Source of the DNA: Crocosphaera subtropica ATCC 51142
GTDB taxonomy: Bacteria > Cyanobacteriota > Cyanobacteriia > Cyanobacteriales > Microcystaceae
DNA length: 32,000 nt
Assembly (NCBI RefSeq): GCF_000017845.1
Contig: NC_010546.1
Span: 3,390,001-3,422,000, forward strand
Reading direction: 5' to 3'
Below, piece by piece: positions 26,735 through 32,000 of this stretch. Made by a program: the position numbers and the translations under genes. The notes under the pieces were generated by a model. That model was not told the origin of the DNA. It did no database searches and saw only the letters and a program-made list of their open reading frames with translations. Each line of letters starts with the position of its first letter. Positions within the stretch are counted from its first letter, which is position 1.

Positions 26735-27779
26735 TTAATAAGGGGTTGAAGGAATTAACTCTAATTTGGACATAAAACTATGGCTCATTATAACGTCAAT
26801 TACCTCTCCAGATTGGGAGGATTCTATTATTTTCAAAATCAAGGAACTAATTCTCAACCGAACTAATCCACAAACGGTTAACAAAACCGATTTATATCGA
26901 CTCTTATGTAAGCGAAATCTTTCTTGAACTACTTTAAATACTTTGACAACTCGAATTAAATGCTCAACAAAAATCCGATTAGATGATAAAGCTTTATTTT
27001 CTTTTATTTGAGCTTCAGTTAATTCTCTTTTCTTAGTTTTTTTATGCGGAGTGATAATTTGAGTCTCTCCAATGTAGGCTTTATCAGCACTAAAAGTTTG
27101 GTTTATCTTGAATTTATTTAAAGTTTGCCGACAGATGTTAATGTCACTTGTCGGCCCAGGTTTTCCAATTACTACATCAATAATATCTTCAGCTTTTGGC
27201 AAGACAACGAATTGACTTTTTAAAGTATGTCTTTTCTGCTTACCCTGTCTCTTGGTGCGCGTTCCCTAGGCGATTACGAATCGCCGGGGTCGCACCGCAA
27301 TAATATTTTTTTTGTTCTTGATAATCTGAAGGTCTTTCAATAGCCTGTTCTGCGCTGTCTACAATCAATTCATAATCAGTTAACATTTCAAGAACTATTT
27401 CTTTTTCTTCTTGAAACTTTTTTATTTGTTCTAATAAACTTGGTGGTAACTCTCCTTCAAAAAGTGTTTGCCAATAAGTAAAAATATTATGAGCCGTTGA
27501 CTCACTTACTTGAAAAAGTAGTCCTAAGAGTTGAAAACTTATATTATGTCTTAAATAAACTAACGTTAGAACAATTTGTTCTTCTTCTGCTAATAAAGAT
27601 GGACTTCCCGCACCAGGTTGATTAATTCTAATTTTTGTTTTTTCGTTCTCTTCTTTTTTTTTCTGATGAAGAAGCTTCCCTAGAGCAATCAATTGTTCCA
27701 ATTGATTGTCATCAATTCCTAATAATCTTTTGGTTTGTTTAGGATATTTTTTTAGATAGCTCCAAGTGTAAGTTTCCAT
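26735..27779 (-). pseudogene. IS5-family DDE_Tnp_4 transposase split by a 52-bp insertion
   Basis: The N-terminal part (27297-27779) has an HTH_Tnp_4-like LTLVYLRHNISFQLLGLLFQVSESTAHNIF and IVDSAEQAIERP. The C-terminal part has GKQKRHTLKSQFVV..., ADKAYIG and RIFVEHLI. Removing 27245-27296 joins ...QKKYYC to GKQKRHTLK... as one 330-aa frame. Confidence 0.75.
27245..27296. other. 52-bp GC-rich three-tier hairpin insert inside the transposase gene
   Basis: GGTGCG (27254-59) pairs with CGCACC (27291-96), CCC (27264-66) with GGG (27286-88), and GGCGATT (27269-75) with AATCGCC (27279-85). I count 33 of 52 bases as G/C, within much more A+T-rich flanks. The length is not a multiple of 3, so it causes a frameshift. 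Confidence 0.6.
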
Positions 27780-27806
27780 TCTTTTTTGAACTAATTATTC
27801 ATTTTA

Positions 27807-29873
27807 TTATACTATATTTCTTGATTTTATTAAATTATGGAGATGTCTATTAGGACTTTGTTTAACTAAAGGATAATTAACGCCATTCAAAAAAATATTA
27901 TCTTGTTGACAGTCAGGTTTCGGGGAATAATAGACTAAAACATATTCTTTTCCAATATAATTATTGGTTTCTGCTTGGACTTCACCCCGCCATTGTGTTT
28001 TTGTTACTAAAATAATTAATTGATTGGCTAATTTTGGGATTGATTTTGCCACTTGTCTACGATAAATCTCATCTAAACTACCAAAGGGAGAGTCCATCAC
28101 AACGGGAAAGGTACTACTATCGGGTCCCATTAAGGTATTTTTATGACTCCAGTTTCTCACACTATCAATAATTCCCCCAATAAACGAAAGGCTTAAAATT
28201 TGATTTTCCCCTGTTGACGCTGCTACAGGAACAGCTATTCCTGATGTATTTTCAATCAAGTTTAACTCATAATTTTGGGTTAATCGAGGAATATAAGGTG
28301 TAAAAGAAATATCACAAAAAATAGCTTGAACTCGTTTTTCTAAAGAGAGACGAAATTGTTTTTCTAGACGAATTCTAACTTCAATGAGTCGTTCTCTTGA
28401 TTCTTTGGCTGCCTCACTTCTCCGTTTAGCTAAGATTTGCTTTTCTTCTTTTAGTTTCTGTTTAGCAATGTCTTTATCTAAGGTTTCTATCTGTTTTTGT
28501 AAAGTGGTTAATTGTTGTTGAATTCCCCCTTGTTCTAATTGTAATTCCCGAATTATTTGATTAATTTTATCTAAATTTTCTTGTAGGTTTCTGATATCAG
28601 CATCAGGATAATTGCGAAACTTTTGATTAATGTCATCTAGTTCCACTTCAACCCTAGATAATTCTAATCGAGATTGTTCAAGTTTGGCTTGTTTTTCATC
28701 TACATTTTCCCAAAAAGTAATCACTTTTTCTTCCATCTCATTCACTTGAGATTCTAAGCGAATAGCTGATTCTTCTATGGCTGCTATTCCTGCTTTATCC
28801 ATCCATTGTTTAACTTGTTCGTAATAATGATTTCCCTCGATTAATTCTTGGCCACAAATACAGCTTTTACGATTTAATAATTGTTGCACAAATTGTTGTT
28901 TAATTCCACTGGGTAACTCTCCCCGTTGACGTAAATTAGTGATAATTGTGTTAAATTTAGGGATAACATTACCCAAAAATATTAAGTAACCTTGATTAGA
29001 AATAAACTGTTTAATTTGTCGTTTTAATTCTCTGATTTCCTTTCTTAAGTTTGATTCTTGTTTTTCGAGTTTAATTTTCAGATTTTTTAATTGTTCGTTA
29101 CTGCTTAAAGTGATCAAATTTTCTGAAATTTCTTTTTGCTGTAACTCTTGAGAGTTTATAGTTTCTATGATATTTTTCTTTTTATTTTGTAACTTTTCTT
29201 GCTCTTGTTCTAATTTTATTTTATCTTTAATCTTTTTTTTGATGTTAACATCTCCAATAATTTTTAGTTCTTCTTCTAAGGTTTTTTCTGCTTTTTTTAG
29301 ATGTTCAATAGAACGATCTAACACTTTTACACCTAACAGTTCTTTTGTATCTTCAGCAATACGACTTTTATCATTACTACGAAAAATATGGTCAATATGT
29401 TCTCCATCAAAAAAGAAATATTGATGTAAACTTTTGGGTAAAATACGGTTAATAATATCATCAGGTTGTTGCGAGGGAGGATACCAGCGACCATCTTCTT
29501 CCGCCACCAACATATAAAATTTATTTTCGCTGTATTGAATCGTACCATTTTTATCTAAACAAGCATAACATTTTCGTTTAACTTGATAGTGTTTATGTTC
29601 ATGTTCAAAATAAATTTCCACCCAACACTCCACTGATGTTCCTATATCAGCTTGCATAATGGCACGCTTATTAATTAAGAGTTCAGGAGAGGTAAAAGCA
29701 GCCGTAAATTCTTCATATAACACCCAGGTAAAAGCATTTAATAAGGTGGTTTTTCCAGACCCGTTATTACCGTGAATAATAGTGGTATTTTCCTTACCAC
29801 AGGCTAAGCTAATTTCTGGAGTTTGACCATAAAACTGTCTAAAATTACATAATTTAATCGATAATAATTTCAT
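27807..29873 (-). CDS. DndD-like SMC/Rad50-type ABC ATPase (AAA_23-like); last ~17 codons are IS-derived
   Basis: Walker A is GNNGSGKTT (29745-29771). YFFFDGEHI is at aa 152-160. A K/E/Q-rich coiled-coil region of about 330 aa has a central SCICGQEL (aa 337-344). The signature STGENQILSLSF (aa 553-564) and Walker B FPVVMDSPFGSLDEIYR (aa 589-605) follow. The frame runs into the IS right end at about 27860. Confidence 0.8.
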   Translation of the reverse strand: MKLLSIKLCNFRQFYGQTPEISLACGKENTTIIHGNNGSGKTTLLNAFTWVLYEEFTAAFTSPELLINKRAIMQADIGTSVECWVEIYFEHEHKHYQVKRKCYACLDKNGTIQYSENKFYMLVAEEDGRWYPPSQQPDDIINRILPKSLHQYFFFDGEHIDHIFRSNDKSRIAEDTKELLGVKVLDRSIEHLKKAEKTLEEELKIIGDVNIKKKIKDKIKLEQEQEKLQNKKKNIIETINSQELQQKEISENLITLSSNEQLKNLKIKLEKQESNLRKEIRELKRQIKQFISNQGYLIFLGNVIPKFNTIITNLRQRGELPSGIKQQFVQQLLNRKSCICGQELIEGNHYYEQVKQWMDKAGIAAIEESAIRLESQVNEMEEKVITFWENVDEKQAKLEQSRLELSRVEVELDDINQKFRNYPDADIRNLQENLDKINQIIRELQLEQGGIQQQLTTLQKQIETLDKDIAKQKLKEEKQILAKRRSEAAKESRERLIEVRIRLEKQFRLSLEKRVQAIFCDISFTPYIPRLTQNYELNLIENTSGIAVPVAASTGENQILSLSFIGGIIDSVRNWSHKNTLMGPDSSTFPVVMDSPFGSLDEIYRRQVAKSIPKLANQLIILVTKTQWRGEVQAETNNYIGKEYVLVYYSPKPDCQQDNIFLNGVNYPLVKQSPNRHLHNLIKSRNIV

Positions 29874-30043
29874 TGAATCACTTCTTTAATAATTTGAACG
29901 ATATCATCATTAATATTTCGAGGCGATCGCAAAGATAACTTACTTTTTTCTAAGGATAAAACTCTTTCGATAATCTGATAGATTTCAGGGGGTGCGGTGG
30001 TAATGGGTTCTTGAACTTGACTAACATTAACTTCTTCATTCAT
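29870..30043 (-). CDS. unlisted 57-aa ORF translationally coupled to the DndD-like ATPase
   Basis: The product reads MNEEVNVSQVQEPITTAPPEIYQIIERVLSLEKSKLSLRSPRNINDDIVQIIKEVIQ. Its TGA overlaps the ATPase ATG as ATGA (29870-29873). It is too short for the supplied ORF track, and I do not recognise a family. Confidence 0.4.
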   Translation of the reverse strand: MNEEVNVSQVQEPITTAPPEIYQIIERVLSLEKSKLSLRSPRNINDDIVQIIKEVIQ

Positions 30044-30485
30044 GGTAACTAATCATTGATCGATACTTGTTAGCTCCTTTTATTATAGACAATAAACGTT
30101 ACGGTTGAGACAAGGAAGAAGGTAGGAGTTGGGTTACAGCTTTGTGAACTCATCAACTAATTCATTAGAATGTAATATCAATTCTCACAAGTATTGAAGA
30201 AACGATCCTTCTTAAGAGCTTGGGAATTGATTCAGAACAAATTTTTCTCTCTCTAGACAGATGATCAATAGTCTTAAAGTAAAGAAAATAGAAGGTATCA
30301 AAGTTAATTAAGTCTCATAATAGATTAACTTTGATATAAGCTTTCATGGATTAGAATTATCAAAACGGGAAAAATATGAATACATACAAAATTACGGGTG
30401 CTGGTAGCTGCTTAGAAACTAGAAATATAACAGAATCTATTTTTATACATCGTTACCCTACGTCCCATAATAATTAAAATTGAAT

Positions 30486-30896
30486 ATGAGTAATAAACCA
30501 TATTCAGATTCTTCTTTTTCTCGTCGTTCTTTTCCAGAAAAACTGAGCTTTAGTATTGCGATCGCTCTTTTGGCAGTGCTATTTAGTTTAATTTTTTATA
30601 GTTGGTTTACACAATCAAATAAACCCCCGATCTTATCTGCTAGTTTTGGGTCAACAATTCGTCAAGTTGAGCAACAATACTATGTTCCTTTTACGGTGAC
30701 GAATAAAGGAGAACAGGCTGTCAAATCAGTTCATATTCTTGGCAAGCTAACGATTGGGGAAACTATCGAACAAATAGGACAACAAGAAGTTGATTTTCTG
30801 TCACGAGATGAAACCATTTCTGGGGTATTTATTTTTACCGATGATCCCCGAAAGGGAGAATTAGAAATTCGGGTAACAGGTTATAAGCTTCCTTAG
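30486..30896 (+). CDS. small membrane-anchored protein (TIGR02588-like, from memory)
   Basis: One N-terminal TM helix (LSFSIAIALLAVLFSLIFYSWF) precedes a beta-rich domain ending ELEIRVTGYKLP. I prefer the ATG at 30486 over the TTG at 30480. The family call is tentative. Confidence 0.45.
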   Translation: MSNKPYSDSSFSRRSFPEKLSFSIAIALLAVLFSLIFYSWFTQSNKPPILSASFGSTIRQVEQQYYVPFTVTNKGEQAVKSVHILGKLTIGETIEQIGQQEVDFLSRDETISGVFIFTDDPRKGELEIRVTGYKLP

Positions 30897-30976
30897 AACA
30901 ACATCAAGGAAAAATCTCAATTGGGTGTTAGGTCTTCGGAGTATTGAAATTTTTTTACAGATAGGAGGAAACTCAA

Positions 30977-31810
30977 ATGTGGGTGGAAAAACTAGCAAGA
31001 GTTGGGTATGCTGCCAAAGGCGTTGTCTACGGGACAATTGGTATTTTAGCCATACAAGTTGCTATCAGTGCAGGGGGTAAAACAACCGATAGTTCAGGGG
31101 CCCTGCGTACCATAGCCAGTCAACCGTTTGGTCAGTTTTTATTGATTTTAGTCGCTATTGGCTTATTTTGCTATAGTTTATGGCGTTTGATTGAAGCCAT
31201 CTTTGATCCTGAAAGTCGTAAAACAGACTCGAAAAACATCGTCAAACGGATTGGTTATTTATTCAGTGGTTTAATTTATGGGGCGTTAGGGGTTCAAGCA
31301 GTGCTTTTAGTCACTCAGGCTTCTGTTAGCTCCCAAGGAAGCAGTAACTCTACCTCAGACTGGACAGCTAAACTCATGGCGCAACCCTTTGGTAGATGGT
31401 TAGTGGCTCTTGTGGGAGCGATCATCATAGGAGTTGGTTTCTATCGCTTATATTATGCCTACAAGGTTAAATTTCGTCAGCGACTTAATCTAAGAACAGT
31501 AGATGTGAATACAGAAAAATGGATAATTGGGATTAGTCGGTTTGGCATTGCAGCGCGAGGAGTCATTTTCCTGATTATCGGAGGTTTCTTTTTGCAAGCA
31601 TCTAGACAGTATGACCCAAGTGAAGCCAAAGGCCTCGATGGTGTACTTCAAACCTTAGCCCAACAACCTTACGGAAAAGCACTGTTAGGTATTGTTGCGT
31701 TGGGATTAATTGCCTACAGTATTTATCTATTGGTACAAGCGAGATATCGACAGATTCCAGTGGCTAATGTGTCTGATAGATTACAGCAAGAGTTAGTTAA
31801 TCACCGATAA
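30977..31810 (+). CDS. DUF1206 domain membrane protein
   Basis: The repeated module (A/G)RxGxxAKGVVY...G...A...LWRLIEA occurs about three times (ARVGYAAKGVVYG, IGYLFSGLIYG, SRFGIAARGVIF). A good RBS (AGGAGGA) lies upstream. Confidence 0.8.
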   Translation: MWVEKLARVGYAAKGVVYGTIGILAIQVAISAGGKTTDSSGALRTIASQPFGQFLLILVAIGLFCYSLWRLIEAIFDPESRKTDSKNIVKRIGYLFSGLIYGALGVQAVLLVTQASVSSQGSSNSTSDWTAKLMAQPFGRWLVALVGAIIIGVGFYRLYYAYKVKFRQRLNLRTVDVNTEKWIIGISRFGIAARGVIFLIIGGFFLQASRQYDPSEAKGLDGVLQTLAQQPYGKALLGIVALGLIAYSIYLLVQARYRQIPVANVSDRLQQELVNHR

Positions 31811-32000
31811 ATTGAATGAGGAGTTAGGCGTTATTCGGAGAACAGCATCATATTCCTCAAGATAGAGATAATCTGTTTCTTAAGGAGTAGAAAAACTCTC
31901 ACATATTTGACTCAATTAAAACTGTGATTCACTCCCTGAGAAGATGAAAATAGAGAGAAGAGTTTGCTGAAATAGGGTTAATAACCAATAAAATTTAGCT

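Larger units (their letters stand above)
26640..27860 (-). mobile_element. IS5-family (DDE_Tnp_4 / Harbinger-like) insertion sequence, transposase disrupted
   Basis: The imperfect terminal inverted repeats are CAAACTCATTAGACATCTCCA (26640-26660) and TGGAGATGTCTATTAGGACTTTG (27838-27860), with a 12-nt perfect core TAGACATCTCCA. The exact termini and the target duplication (possibly TT) are uncertain. Confidence 0.65.

Noticed and set aside
27245-27254. CTGTCTCTTG at the edge of the 52-bp insert matches the first 10 nt of the IS50/Tn5 inside end and 9 nt of the Nextera mosaic end. This could point to a Tn5 footprint or a library artefact.
   Set aside because: The match is only 9-10 nt and ends there. 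There is no inverted partner at the other edge. The same 9-mer also occurs by chance at about 23247-23255 on the other strand.
27254-27296. A tRNA-like reading of the GC-rich hairpin (TTCGTAA loop, acceptor-like GGTGCG/CGCACC).
   Set aside because: There are no D or anticodon arms. Extra bases lie between the T-like arm and the 3' acceptor strand, and the loop lacks the conserved A58. It is too short for a tRNA.
29167-29548. ORFs 29167-29424 (+) and 29333-29548 (-).
   Set aside because: They are an antisense frame and an alternative frame inside the DndD-like ATPase coiled-coil region, so they are low-complexity artefacts.
27807-29873. Calling the ATPase a bona fide dndD within a DNA phosphorothioation operon.
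   Set aside because: No dndA/B/C/E-like ORFs occur anywhere in the window, so only the family-level 'DndD-like' label is justified.
30044-30485. The 440-bp intergenic region upstream of the 57-aa ORF, checked for a hidden gene or ncRNA. It contains a 33-codon ORF at about 30376 and a TATAAT on the minus strand at 30082-30087.
   Set aside because: The short ORF has no RBS or recognisable product. The -10-like hexamer lacks a convincingly spaced -35 box. There is not enough evidence to annotate either.

Overview
This is a cyanobacterial chromosome segment. The HIP1 octamer GCGATCGC occurs at least 12 times, and XisH/XisI, Uma2, DUF29 and Ycf54 genes are present. The sequence is A+T-rich and looks Cyanothece/Crocosphaera-like, but that genus guess is unverified. 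Most of the window is ordinary core genome: acnB (5'-partial), hisB, a glucosylglycerol-phosphatase-like gene, hisC overlapping an IMPase-family gene, yaaA, smc, rodZ-like, ycf54 and pdxJ. Two accessory islets stand out. Islet 1 (about 2.5-6.7 kb) holds an ISAs1-family IS with perfect 21-bp inverted repeats. The IS sits between a decayed RelE/ParE toxin remnant and a 5'-truncated GmrSD-type (DUF262/DUF1524) type IV restriction gene, with no target-site duplication. An orphan DUF433 gene and an overlapping xisH/xisI pair follow. Islet 2 (about 21.1-30.1 kb, mostly minus strand) is the most interesting part. It has a stand-alone DndD-like SMC/Rad50-type ABC ATPase preceded by an unlisted 57-aa ORF joined through an ATGA stop/start overlap. 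An IS5-family (DDE_Tnp_4) element has clipped the ATPase 3' end, and that element's own transposase is split by a 52-bp GC-rich hairpin insert. About 2.3 kb further along the same strand, an Uma2 nuclease-fold gene overlaps a 676-aa SAM-methyltransferase. From memory this methyltransferase resembles the 'DNA phosphorothioation-associated putative methyltransferase' family, and it carries two paralogous flanking domains I cannot name. No dndA/B/C/E genes, CRISPR array, tRNA or rRNA were seen. All family assignments come from motif recognition by eye and need HMM or BLAST confirmation.
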